From positions 310,001 through 374,000 of the forward strand of contig NZ_SMNA01000005.1 in NCBI RefSeq assembly GCF_004353825.1: DNA of 64,000 nucleotides. Reading direction: 5' to 3'. Positions 19,497 to 28,741 of the stretch are shown here, piece by piece. Made by a program: the position numbers and the translations under genes. Numbering within the stretch: position 1 is the first letter of the stretch; every line of letters starts with the position of its first letter. This stretch comes from Occultella glacieicola (GTDB lineage: Bacteria > Actinomycetota > Actinomycetes > Actinomycetales > Beutenbergiaceae). The notes under the pieces are model-generated. The model saw only the letters and a program-made list of their open reading frames with translations, was not told the DNA's origin and made no database searches.

Positions 19497-20725
19497 AGGA
19501 TCCCGGCCCGACGGCGGGTGGTCCGGTTCGCGTGCTCCGACCAGCGGGGTACCCAGCGCCACAGGGCGAGCGCGGCCACGGCGCCGAGGGCGCCCATCGT
19601 CGCGATCCCGGCCGCGAGCGACCCGAGCGCGGTCCCGGCGGAGACCACGAGCGGCCCGGAGGCGCTGCCGGAGTCGGAGAACAGCCGCCAGATGCCGAGG
19701 TACTGGGCCCGCTCGGCCGGTGGTGCGGTGTCCGCGCCGAGGGTCATCAGGATGCCGGAGCCGATGCCGTTGCCGAAGCCCATGACCATGGCCACGATGC
19801 TGATGCTGACGAGGCCCTCGGTGAAGGTCAGCGCGATCATCGCGGCGCCCATGACGAGCATCGACGGGATCGCCACCCAGAGCCGACCGAACCGGTCCAT
19901 GACCTTGCCGGCCGGGTAGAACAGCAGCATGTCGACGGCGCCGGAGATCCCGAACACGAGGGCGGTGGCGGAGGGTTCGAAGCCGAGGTGTTCGGTCCAC
20001 AGGGGCAGGACCGTCTGGCGGGCGCCACGGACCGCGCCGACGAGCAGCACGGCCACGCCCAGGGTGCGGAACACCGGCAGGTACTCGGCGAACACGGTCC
20101 GCATCGGACGGCGCGGTGCCGCGTCCCGGGCGGCGACCGTGCGTTCGTGCGCCACCTCCGGCGCGAGGATCACCACCACGGCCGCGAGCAGGGACGTGCC
20201 CACCCCGAGCCAGTAGGCGTTCGCGGTGTCCGCGCCGCCGTGGACCAGTGCGGCGCCGGCGAACGGGCCGATGAACAGCCCGATCCGGGCCACGCCGCCG
20301 AGCGTGGACAGCGCCCGGGCCCGGCGCAGTGGGTGGATCACCTCGGTCAGGTAGGACTGCCGGGCGAGGGTGTACACCGAGTTCGTGGCACCCACGAGCA
20401 GCACGCCGACGCCGATCACGAGCAGGTTCGGTGCGAGCGCCAGGGTGGCCATGCCGCCCATCGCCACCACCGACGAGCCGATCATGGCCCGGCGGTCCCC
20501 GAACCGGGCGGCAAGCATCCCGGCGGGCACATCGGCGAGGATCTGCCCGATCGGCAGCAGCGCGGCCACCAGTGCCGCGGTGGCCAGATCCGCGCCGAGG
20601 CCGATCGCGGTGACCGCGATGAGCGGCAGCATCGCGCCCACGCCGATCTCGAACAGCAACGAGGGCAGGTACACGCCGGGGATCATCGATCGCAGGGACG
20701 TGGTGTGCTCGGGGGTCGGTGTCAT
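19493..20725 (-). CDS. MFS transporter
   Basis: About 12 TM helices; AGMLAARFGDRR and GKVMDRFGR motif-A copies. Confidence 0.9.
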   Translation of the reverse strand: MTPTPEHTTSLRSMIPGVYLPSLLFEIGVGAMLPLIAVTAIGLGADLATAALVAALLPIGQILADVPAGMLAARFGDRRAMIGSSVVAMGGMATLALAPNLLVIGVGVLLVGATNSVYTLARQSYLTEVIHPLRRARALSTLGGVARIGLFIGPFAGAALVHGGADTANAYWLGVGTSLLAAVVVILAPEVAHERTVAARDAAPRRPMRTVFAEYLPVFRTLGVAVLLVGAVRGARQTVLPLWTEHLGFEPSATALVFGISGAVDMLLFYPAGKVMDRFGRLWVAIPSMLVMGAAMIALTFTEGLVSISIVAMVMGFGNGIGSGILMTLGADTAPPAERAQYLGIWRLFSDSGSASGPLVVSAGTALGSLAAGIATMGALGAVAALALWRWVPRWSEHANRTTRRRAGIL

Positions 20726-20827
20726 CGCGGGGTCATCGTCTCGCACCGGCCCGGTCCGGCGCGCGGCGGGTCAGGTGGCAAGACGGTCCGCCCCGTGTGG
20801 CCGAACCATCGGCAGTACCCACGCGAA

Positions 20828-20866
20828 GGGCCCGTGGGAACACCGAGATGGTGTCCACACGGGCCC
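20828..20866 (-). terminator. Hairpin just downstream of the repeat-peptide gene
   Basis: GGGCCCGTG...ACACC-gagat-GGTGT...CACGGGCCC, 15 nt after the stop. Confidence 0.65.
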
Positions 20867-20881
20867 CCGGGACCTCGAAGG

Positions 20882-21163
20882 TCAGATGAGTTCGTCGCCC
20901 CAGCCGTTGCGGATCAGTTCGTCACCCCAGCCGGCGCGGATCAATTCGTCGCCCCACCCGTTGCGGATCAGTTCGTCGCCCCAGCCGGCGCGGATCAGTT
21001 CGTCGCCCCACCCGTTGCGGATCAGTTCGTCGCCCCAGCCCGTGGCGACGGAACCGTCATCCTGCGTGGCGGCGATGGCGGCAGGGGCAATAGCGACAAG
21101 TCCGAGTGCGGCGGCAGCAGCGACGGCGGCGACTCGGACTCTTAAGCGGAAAGACTTCTGCAT
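20882..21163 (-). CDS. 93-aa secreted protein: Sec-type signal peptide plus six xGWGDELI(R) repeats
   Basis: AAGGAG RBS, basic N-region, Ala/Leu H-region, AIA|A cleavage-like site, in-frame 27-bp repeats, downstream hairpin. Confidence 0.8.
   Translation of the reverse strand: MQKSFRLRVRVAAVAAAAALGLVAIAPAAIAATQDDGSVATGWGDELIRNGWGDELIRAGWGDELIRNGWGDELIRAGWGDELIRNGWGDELI
20885..21043 (-). repeat. Coding tandem repeat, 6 x 27 bp
   Basis: Units encode TGWGDELIR, NGWGDELIR, AGWGDELIR, NGWGDELIR, AGWGDELIR, NGWGDELI; other differences are synonymous. Confidence 0.95.
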
Positions 21164-21328
21164 GTTCAGGGCTCCTTGAGACGGGGTAAGGCGCATGGTT
21201 GTCCACAACTGTGGCTTGCACGATCAAATCTACCCCAGGGGGCACCTTTGGGCGAGCCCTCGTTATCACACCTGTGGGCGATCCACGAAACGCTTCGTGG
21301 GCCCGCGACCCCGGTCGAGCCGGGTGTC

Positions 21329-22249
21329 TCAATCCGTCGGCGTCTGCTCGCCACCCGACTCGGGTGCGACCTCCGCGTCCGCCACGGGGGCCGGTTCCGC
21401 ATCCGCCACGGTTGCCGGTTCCGCTACAGGCGCCGCCTCCGCGCCGTCCGTCGTCAACGGTTCGGTGGCGACGACCTCGATGTCGGCCTCGTCCAGGTGT
21501 GGCGCGCTCTGCTGCCACTCGTGCCCCTGCGGCGGGACGTCGGTCTCGGAGTGGGCACCGCAGCCGTGATCGAGGGAGACCACCTTGCCGTCGTCGGGTG
21601 ACCACTCGTTGGCGCAGACCCCGAAGACGGTCCCGAGCGACCCGGCGATCCGGACGATGAAGCCACAGTCGGCGCAGTTGGCGCCGGCCGCCTTGGTGCC
21701 CGCGGTGTCCGGGCCCTGCGGGCCCGAGTACCACCGGGTGGCGGCAGCGTCGATCGCCCGACGGTTCATGACCCGGTCACGGCCGAGGCCGAGCTCCGTG
21801 ATCGCGACCCGTGCCTCCTCCGGGTCGGCTGAGGTCAGGTAACCCCGCTCGAGCCGATCGTCCTCGGCCACGTAGGGCAGCCGGTCGGTCGGCCCCAGAT
21901 CGCCCGGCGCCAGCCGCTCCGCCCAGGGCAGCCAGTCCGGAGCCAGCAGGGCGCCGTCACCGGGCAGCAGCCCGCTCTCGCAGACCGTGGCGGTCCGGGA
22001 CCTCGAGATCCGGGACATGGTCACATACCAGCGCCAGCCCTCGTAGCCGGGCGAGGTGGCCGCGAAATAGTGCGTCGCGAGCCGCTCCGCCTCGAGCACC
22101 ATGCCGAGGTGGTCACCGACGTCCTTGGCGCCCGCCTCCAGCAGCGTGTCGCGGGCCTGCTCGACGGCGCCAGCGAGGACGGCATCCTTGGCCGGCCGAC
22201 GGGCGCCGGCCGTGGTGGTGGTTGATGGCACGGTGAAGGTCTCCGTCAT
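21329..22249 (-). CDS. DUF3027 domain protein
   Basis: THYFAATSPGYEGWRW, LLAPDWLPWAERL, CADCGF...FGVCANEWSPDDGKVVSLDHGCGAHS. Confidence 0.9.
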   Translation of the reverse strand: MTETFTVPSTTTTAGARRPAKDAVLAGAVEQARDTLLEAGAKDVGDHLGMVLEAERLATHYFAATSPGYEGWRWYVTMSRISRSRTATVCESGLLPGDGALLAPDWLPWAERLAPGDLGPTDRLPYVAEDDRLERGYLTSADPEEARVAITELGLGRDRVMNRRAIDAAATRWYSGPQGPDTAGTKAAGANCADCGFIVRIAGSLGTVFGVCANEWSPDDGKVVSLDHGCGAHSETDVPPQGHEWQQSAPHLDEADIEVVATEPLTTDGAEAAPVAEPATVADAEPAPVADAEVAPESGGEQTPTD

Positions 22250-22254
22250 GGGTC

Positions 22255-22638
22255 TCAGGCGTCGAACTCGTCAGCCACGACACGTAGCATCTTGGCCACC
22301 TTGGTGGCCTCGGCCTTGTCCGGGTAGCGGCCGGACCGGAGCCTGTTGCCGGCCCGGTCGAGCAGCTTGATCAGGTCCTCGACGATCGGGCCCATGTCCT
22401 CGGCGGGGCGGCGGTGCGCCCGCGCCACGGAGGGAGCTGCTTCGAGGATCTTCACCGAGAGCGCCTGCAGGCCGCGGCGGCCGTCGGCCACTCCGAACTC
22501 GACGCGTGTGCCGGGCTTGGGCGCCGGTGTCTCGGCGGGCATCGCGGAGGCATGCAGGAAAACCTCACCGCCGTCGTCGGACGCGATGAATCCGAAGCCG
22601 CGGTCGGCGTCGAAGAACTTGACCTTGCCGGTGGGCAC
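22255..22638 (-). CDS. Cold-shock domain protein with C-terminal extension (CspB-like)
   Basis: PTGKVKFFDADRGFGFI, EVFLHASA. Confidence 0.92.
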   Translation of the reverse strand: MPTGKVKFFDADRGFGFIASDDGGEVFLHASAMPAETPAPKPGTRVEFGVADGRRGLQALSVKILEAAPSVARAHRRPAEDMGPIVEDLIKLLDRAGNRLRSGRYPDKAEATKVAKMLRVVADEFDA

Positions 22639-23201
22639 GAAGATCCCTGACTCTCTTGGGTGTCCGTGAACGGTGTGTTCGGGAACGTTGGCTGCGTGGA
22701 CGCGGGCGCGCCGAAGTGCGCTGGTACGCGTGCTGCAGCGTCGAGTTTACCCGCACGAACCCCGATTACCGCTCCACTATCCCCCGACCGCGGCTCACCC
22801 GCGCCCGCCCGCCGTCGAGCGTGGGGTGAGGGGCCAACCTCACCCACCCATCACCCGCGCACCCGCACCGACGCCCGACGGCCCTGCGGGAGGGTGGGTC
22901 CCGTCCCGCCACCGACCTCGAGGCCCACCATGAGCACCAGTGCCCGGATCCGCCACCGCGCGGTCCCGGTCCCCACCAGCCCGGAGGTCGAGCGCGACCG
23001 CGCCGACACCCGGCCTGCCGACGCCCCGTCCACGGCCCCGTATCCGCGGACCGAGCCGACAGCGGCCACGAGCCCGGCCACGGCGGCGGTGCGGCTGCGC
23101 TGACCGTGGACCCGCCCGGGTCCGGTGCGGCGTCATCAGCGTCGAGGCTCGATCCGGAACTGCAGGGGCTGCACACGACCCGCGCCTTCCCGGGCCACCC
23201 G

Positions 23202-23207
23202 TAGAAT
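23202..23207 (+). promoter_or_regulatory. Probable -10 box of a leaderless transcript
   Basis: TAGAAT 7 nt before the ATG at 23215; no RBS. Confidence 0.5.
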
Positions 23208-23214
23208 TGCGCGG

Positions 23215-25527
23215 ATGACCACCCGCCCCGCCGCTGCCGGCCAGTCCGCGGCCCGCGACCCGCTCGCGGCGGCCCTACGCGAGTGGGACGACGCGCGCCT
23301 GCTGGCCCTGCTGGAGACCCGGCCGGACCTTGCGAGCCCGCCTCCCAGTTCGATCACCGCGATGATCGCCCGGGCCGGCTCGCGGGCGTCGGTCGGTCGC
23401 GCCCTGGCCCACCTGGACGCGCCGACCCTGACGGTGGCCGAGGCACTGGTGGTGGCCGACGACGCGGCGGGGGTCACCGCGGACCGGCTCGCCGGCCTGC
23501 TCGGCCTGATCGGCCCCGACGTGACCGGCTACCTGCAGCACCTGCTCGACCTGGCGCTCGCCACCGGGGACCTCGACGGCGCCCGGGCGGTGCCGGCGCT
23601 CGCGGAGGCGATCGGGCCGCATCCGCTCGGCCTCGGCCCGAGCCTGGGCGACCTGCCGGTGAACCTGGCCGACGGGTGGCCCACCACGGCCCGGGCCCTG
23701 GCCGCCGTGCTCGCGAAGGCGCCGCCCGGCCCGGTGCGGATGCTCGAGGCGCTGACCTGGGGGCCACCGCTGGGCACCGTGACCCATGACATCCCGCCGG
23801 CGGCCCGGTGGCTGCTGGACGCGCACGTGCTGTACCGGATCGCACCGACCCAGTTGGTCCTGCCCCGGGAGGTGGCCCTGGCCGCCCGCGGCGGCCGGCT
23901 GGTCCGCGAGCTGCGCACCGAGCCGCCCCTGCCCGAGGCGACCGCCCGCCCGCCCGCGACGATCGGGGCGGAGACGGTGCGCGTCGCCGAGGAGGCGATG
24001 CACGCCGTCGGGCTGGTCCTGGATGCCTGGGCGAACGACCCTCCGGCCGTGCTGCGCTCGGGCGGGCTCGGCGTGCGGGACCTGCGCCAGGTCGCAGGCG
24101 CGCTCGAGGCATCCAGCACCCGGGCGGCGTTCGTCGTCGAGCTCGCCGGGATGCTCGGGCTGCTCGGCCACGTCCACGACTCCGACGGCAGCGTCTGGGC
24201 CCCGGTCGCCGAGGCCGAGGACTGGCGCGAGGAGCCGGTGCCGGCTCGGTGGGCGCGGACCGTGCGGGCCTGGCTGGCCTCCCCACGGACACCGTGGCTG
24301 GCTGGCACCCGCACGGACAAGGGCGTGCTGCGCTCGGCGCTGGAACCCGACCTCGAGCGCGCCTGGGCGGCCCCGCTGCGGCGTCGGGTGCTGGAGTCCG
24401 TGCGCGCCTGGCCCGAGCACGCCGCCCCGGACGCGGCGGCCGTGCACGCCCACGTCGCGTGGCACACGGCCAGGGCGGCGCCGCCGTTGAGTGCCGTGCA
24501 GGCCATCCTCGACGAGGCGGCCGCCCTCGGGCTCACCGGCGCCGGCGCGCTCGGCGCGCCCGCCCGGCTGCTTCTCGACGGCGCAACCGAGGACCAGCTG
24601 GCGCGGGCGTTCGCGCGGGACCTGCCGCCGTCGGTCGATGAGATCTTCGTCCAGGGCGACCTGAGCGGCATCGTGCCGGGCCGGCCCGGGGCCGGGCTCG
24701 CCGCCCTGCTGGCGGCGAGCGCCGACGTCGAGAGCCGCGGCGCGGCGCTGACCGTGCGGTTCACGCCCACGTCGATCCGACGCGCCCTCGACTCCGGGCT
24801 CACTGCCGAATCGCTGACCGGCCGGTTGCGGGAGGTCTCCCGCACGCCGCTGCCGCAGCCGCTGGAGTACCTGATCGCGGACACGGCGCGCACGCACGGG
24901 CAGGTACGGGTCGGGTCCGCGCGGGCGTTCCTGCGGTCGGACGACGCCCGGGCGCTGACCGCGGTGCTCGCCGACTCCCGGCTGGCCCACCTGGGGCTCC
25001 GGCTGATCGCCCCGACCGTGCTCGCCGCGCAGGCGAGTGCGCATGACGTCGCGGACGCCCTCCGCGCGGCCGGCACCGCCCCGCTCCTGGAGGGGGCCGA
25101 CGGGGAACTGCTCGTCCTCTCCTCCCAGAGGGTCCGCGCCGCCCGCCCGGTCTCGGGTCCGGCAACACCGAGCCCGACGGCGGTGCCGCTCGCCGAGGTG
25201 GTGGCCGGCATGCACGCCGGGGAGGAGCGCGCCCGTCGGCTGCTCAGCGAACGCGCCGCCCAGCCCGACCTCACCGACCCGGGCCGGTCCGTCGAACTCC
25301 TCCGGGCCGCCGCGGCCCACGGCACCGACGTGGACCTGGTGATGGCCGGCCCGAGCGGGCGCACCGAGCGGCGCCGGGTCCGGCCGATGAGCGTCGACGG
25401 CGGCCGGGTTCGGGTCCGCGACCTGAGCCGGGACTCCGAGATCACGGTAGCCGTTCACCGGATCGCGGCGGTGCGGCCGGTCGGCCCGGCGGCGCCGAGC
25501 GGGCCGGCAGCCCCGACGTCGAACTGA
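23215..25527 (+). CDS. XPB-associated helicase-binding domain protein (Rv0862c-like) with C-terminal WYL-like domain
   Basis: RPDLASPPP, LRSGGLGVRDLR, VQGDLSGIVPG, ADVESRGAA..RFTPTSIRRALDSG, PLPQPLEYLIADTARTHG, VAVHRIAAV. Confidence 0.88.
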   Translation: MTTRPAAAGQSAARDPLAAALREWDDARLLALLETRPDLASPPPSSITAMIARAGSRASVGRALAHLDAPTLTVAEALVVADDAAGVTADRLAGLLGLIGPDVTGYLQHLLDLALATGDLDGARAVPALAEAIGPHPLGLGPSLGDLPVNLADGWPTTARALAAVLAKAPPGPVRMLEALTWGPPLGTVTHDIPPAARWLLDAHVLYRIAPTQLVLPREVALAARGGRLVRELRTEPPLPEATARPPATIGAETVRVAEEAMHAVGLVLDAWANDPPAVLRSGGLGVRDLRQVAGALEASSTRAAFVVELAGMLGLLGHVHDSDGSVWAPVAEAEDWREEPVPARWARTVRAWLASPRTPWLAGTRTDKGVLRSALEPDLERAWAAPLRRRVLESVRAWPEHAAPDAAAVHAHVAWHTARAAPPLSAVQAILDEAAALGLTGAGALGAPARLLLDGATEDQLARAFARDLPPSVDEIFVQGDLSGIVPGRPGAGLAALLAASADVESRGAALTVRFTPTSIRRALDSGLTAESLTGRLREVSRTPLPQPLEYLIADTARTHGQVRVGSARAFLRSDDARALTAVLADSRLAHLGLRLIAPTVLAAQASAHDVADALRAAGTAPLLEGADGELLVLSSQRVRAARPVSGPATPSPTAVPLAEVVAGMHAGEERARRLLSERAAQPDLTDPGRSVELLRAAAAHGTDVDLVMAGPSGRTERRRVRPMSVDGGRVRVRDLSRDSEITVAVHRIAAVRPVGPAAPSGPAAPTSN

Positions 25528-25675
25528 GCGATCCGACCCGCAGGGCGTCCAGCCCGCAGCCGCCCGGGGCGCGGACGCGGCTCGCGGGACTGATCCGCGC
25601 AGGCCCACCGGCGGCCGGCTCGATACGATCAATTGGTCCGCACCAGGGCCGCCACCACCGAGCAGGGGATCCGTG

Positions 25676-26843
25676 ATGAGCACCCATACGATCATGACCG
25701 TCTACGGCACGCGTCCGGAGGCCATCAAGGTGGCCCCGGTGATCCGGGCCATCGAGGAGTCGAGCACGCTCGAGTCCGTCACGGTGGTGACCGGGCAGCA
25801 CCGGGAGATGCTCGACCAGGTCAACGAGATCTTCGGCATCGTGCCCGACCATGACCTCAACGTCTTCGCGCACGGCCAGACCCTCAACGCCCTGATGGCG
25901 AAGGTCTTCGGCGGGCTCGACCCGGTCCTCGCCCGGGTCGCTCCCGATGCGGTCCTGGTCCAGGGTGACACCTCCACCGTGGCGGCGGCCTCGATCGCGG
26001 CGTTCTACCGCAACATCCCGGTGGTGCACCTGGAGGCCGGGCTGCGCAGCGGCGACATCACCTCACCTTTCCCGGAGGAGGCGAACCGGAAGATCACCGG
26101 ACAGGTCACCGCGCTGCACCTGGCCCCGACCAGCACCTCCCGGGCCAACCTGCTGCGTGAGAACGTCGACCCGGCCTCGGTCGCGGTGATCGGCAACACG
26201 GTCATCGACGCGCTGCTGCACACCGTGGCGCAGGCAGCACCGTTCACCGACCCACACCTGCAGGCGCTCGCGCACGCCGCCCGGCCCGTGCTGCTGGTCA
26301 CGACCCACCGTCGGGAGAACTGGGGGGGGCGCGATGGCAGGGGTCGGTCGCGCCCTAGCCCGGCTGGCCGCGGACCTGCCCGAGTACACGATCGTGCTGC
26401 CGGCACACCGCAACCCGATCGTCCGTGAGGCGGTCCTGCCACACCTCGAGGGCCTGGCCAACGTCCTGGTCACCGAGCCGCTGCCCTACGGGGAGTTCAC
26501 GCGTCTGCTCGCGTTGTCCACGATCGTGCTCACCGACTCCGGCGGGGTCCAGGAGGAGGCACCGAGCCTGGGCAAGCCGGTCCTCGTCATGCGCGACAAC
26601 ACCGAGCGGCCCGAGGCGGTCGAGGCGGGAACGGTCCGCCTGATCGGAACGGACGAGGAACGCATCGTCGCCGAGGTCACGGCGCTGGCCAGTGATCCCG
26701 CACACTACGGATCGATGTCCCGTGCCGTGAACCCGTACGGCGACGGGCGGGCGGCACGGCGAGCCGTCGCCGCGATCAATGCCCTGCTCGGCACGGGGGA
26801 ACGGCTACCCGGGTTCGAACCGACCGCGCCGGCGACCGCCTGA
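25676..26843 (+). pseudogene. wecB: UDP-GlcNAc 2-epimerase (non-hydrolysing), +1 frameshift in G8 run at 26322-26329
   Basis: GTRPEAIK, TGQHREML, VQGDT, HLEAGLRS, HRRENWG in one frame; TDSGGVQEEAPSLGKP, TERPE, NPYGDG in another; G7 would give WGGAMAG in frame. Confidence 0.88.
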
Positions 26844-26917
26844 CGAGCACCCCACGCATTCGCGATGCTCACCGATACGCCAGCCAGGTGCGGATCGACC
26901 GACCTAGACTCACGATC

Positions 26918-28240
26918 ATGCGTATCTCGGTGATCGGTTGCGGCTACCTCGGAGCGGTGCACGCGGCCTGCATGGCGGAGCTCGGGCACGACGTGGTGGG
27001 CATCGACGTCGACGCCGGGAAGGTCGATCTCCTCAACAACGGCAAGGCTCCCTTCCACGAGCCGGGGTTCGATGAGATCCTCGAGCGCCAGGTCGCGGCC
27101 GGCCGGCTGCGGTTCTCGACCGACCACGCCGACGTGCGCGGCGCGCAGGTGCACTTCATCACGGTCGGCACGCCGCAGTCCGACGAGGGCTACGCCGCGG
27201 ACATGACCTACGTGGACGCCGCGGTCGAGGCGCTGGTACCGCACCTGGCCGCGCACCCGGACGGCCCCACCGTGGTGGCCGGGAAGTCGACGGTGCCGGT
27301 CGGCACCGCGGCGCGACTCGCCGCCCAGCTCGCCGACTCCCCCGCGCATCTGGTCTGGAACCCCGAGTTCCTGCGCGAGGGATTCGCCGTGCAGGACACG
27401 CTCAGTCCGGACCGCATCATCTACGGGCTGCCCGGTGACCCGGAGGCTGCCGTTGCCGCCGGCGCCGTGCTCGACGCCGTGTACGCGCCGATGCTGTCTG
27501 CGGACATCCCGCGGCTGACGGCGGACTACGCCACTGCGGAGCTCGTCAAGGTGGCCGCCAACTCGTTCCTGGCCACGAAGATCTCGTTCATCAACGCGAT
27601 GGCCGAGTTGTGCGAGGCGACCGGGGCGGACGTCACCGTGCTCGCCGAGGCGATCGGGCACGACGACCGGATCGGCCCGAAGTTCCTGCGCGCCGGGGTG
27701 GGCTTCGGCGGCGGGTGCCTGCCCAAGGACATCCGGGCGTTCATGGCCCGCGCCGGCGAGCTCGGCGTGGACCAGGCGCTGACGTTCCTGCGTGAGGTGG
27801 ACACCATCAACACCCGCCGCCGCACGGCCGCCGTCGAGCTGGCGCAGCGGCTCCTGGGCGGCTCGCTCGGCGGCAAGCGGGTGGCCGTGCTCGGTGCTGC
27901 GTTCAAGCCGGACTCCGACGACATGCGCAACTCCCCCGCCCTGGACATCGCGAACGCCATCGCCGGCCGTGGCGCCCGCGTGGTGATCACCGACCCTGCC
28001 GCCGGGCCCAAGCTCGCGACGTCCCGACCGGACATGGAGGTCGCCGCGGATGCGTTCGAGGCCGCGAAGGACGCGGACCTGGTCCTGCTCTTGACCGAGT
28101 GGCGCCAGTTCCGCGACCTCGACCCGAACGAGCTGCGTGAGGTGGTCGCTATCCCGCAGATCATTGACGGGCGTAACGTCCTCGACCCGGCGACCTGGCG
28201 GGCCGCCGGGTGGGCGTACCACGGAGTGGGCCGTCCGTAA
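26918..28240 (+). CDS. ugd: UDP-glucose/GDP-mannose dehydrogenase family protein
   Basis: GCGYLG, VGTP, GKSTVPVGT, NPEFLREG, GFGGGCLPKD, FKPDSDDMR, IIDGRN. Confidence 0.9.
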   Translation: MRISVIGCGYLGAVHAACMAELGHDVVGIDVDAGKVDLLNNGKAPFHEPGFDEILERQVAAGRLRFSTDHADVRGAQVHFITVGTPQSDEGYAADMTYVDAAVEALVPHLAAHPDGPTVVAGKSTVPVGTAARLAAQLADSPAHLVWNPEFLREGFAVQDTLSPDRIIYGLPGDPEAAVAAGAVLDAVYAPMLSADIPRLTADYATAELVKVAANSFLATKISFINAMAELCEATGADVTVLAEAIGHDDRIGPKFLRAGVGFGGGCLPKDIRAFMARAGELGVDQALTFLREVDTINTRRRTAAVELAQRLLGGSLGGKRVAVLGAAFKPDSDDMRNSPALDIANAIAGRGARVVITDPAAGPKLATSRPDMEVAADAFEAAKDADLVLLLTEWRQFRDLDPNELREVVAIPQIIDGRNVLDPATWRAAGWAYHGVGRP

Positions 28241-28286
28241 CTCCACGCCGATGCGGGATCGGAGCCGCAGCCGGTAGGTTCGAGGG

Positions 28287-28679
28287 ATGAGCAAGCCCCA
28301 GGTACACGCACTGGTGATCGAGGACGACGACGACATCCGGCGGCTGCTGGAGGTGGTGCTGGGCCAAGCGGGGTATGAGGTCACCTCGAGCGCGACGGGA
28401 GCGGACGGGGTGCGGCTGGCCCGCGCGACGCCGCCGGACCTGATCACCCTGGACGTGGGCCTGCCTGACACGAACGGGTACGCCGTCGCCGAGACCCTGC
28501 GCACGTTCTACGGCGGCCACCTGGTCATGCTCAGCGCTCGCGCGGAGGCCTACGACGCCGAGTACGGCATGCAGGTCGGCGCTGACGCGTACCTGACGAA
28601 GCCGTTCCGGCCGCGGGCGTTCCGGGAAGCGCTCGCCTCGGTCGTGGCTGAGCCGGCCCGCGGCGTGACGGCGACCTGA
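28287..28679 (+). CDS. Stand-alone response regulator receiver domain
   Basis: IEDDDD, ITLDVGLPD, MLSA, GADAYLTKPF; no output domain. Confidence 0.88.
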   Translation: MSKPQVHALVIEDDDDIRRLLEVVLGQAGYEVTSSATGADGVRLARATPPDLITLDVGLPDTNGYAVAETLRTFYGGHLVMLSARAEAYDAEYGMQVGADAYLTKPFRPRAFREALASVVAEPARGVTAT

Positions 28680-28741
28680 CCGGGAAGCAGCGACCGGCAC
28701 CCTGCGACGCGGGCATCGCTCGCACCACCCGCTCGCCGGTC

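Noticed and set aside
20885..21043. 27-bp repeats as a CRISPR array
   Set aside because: No spacers, unit length is a multiple of 3 within an ORF with RBS and signal peptide, and no cas genes
22930..23103. 57-aa ORF MSTSARIRHR... between the cold-shock and helicase-associated genes
   Set aside because: Has a weak GAGG RBS but low-complexity sequence and no recognisable family; cannot be supported
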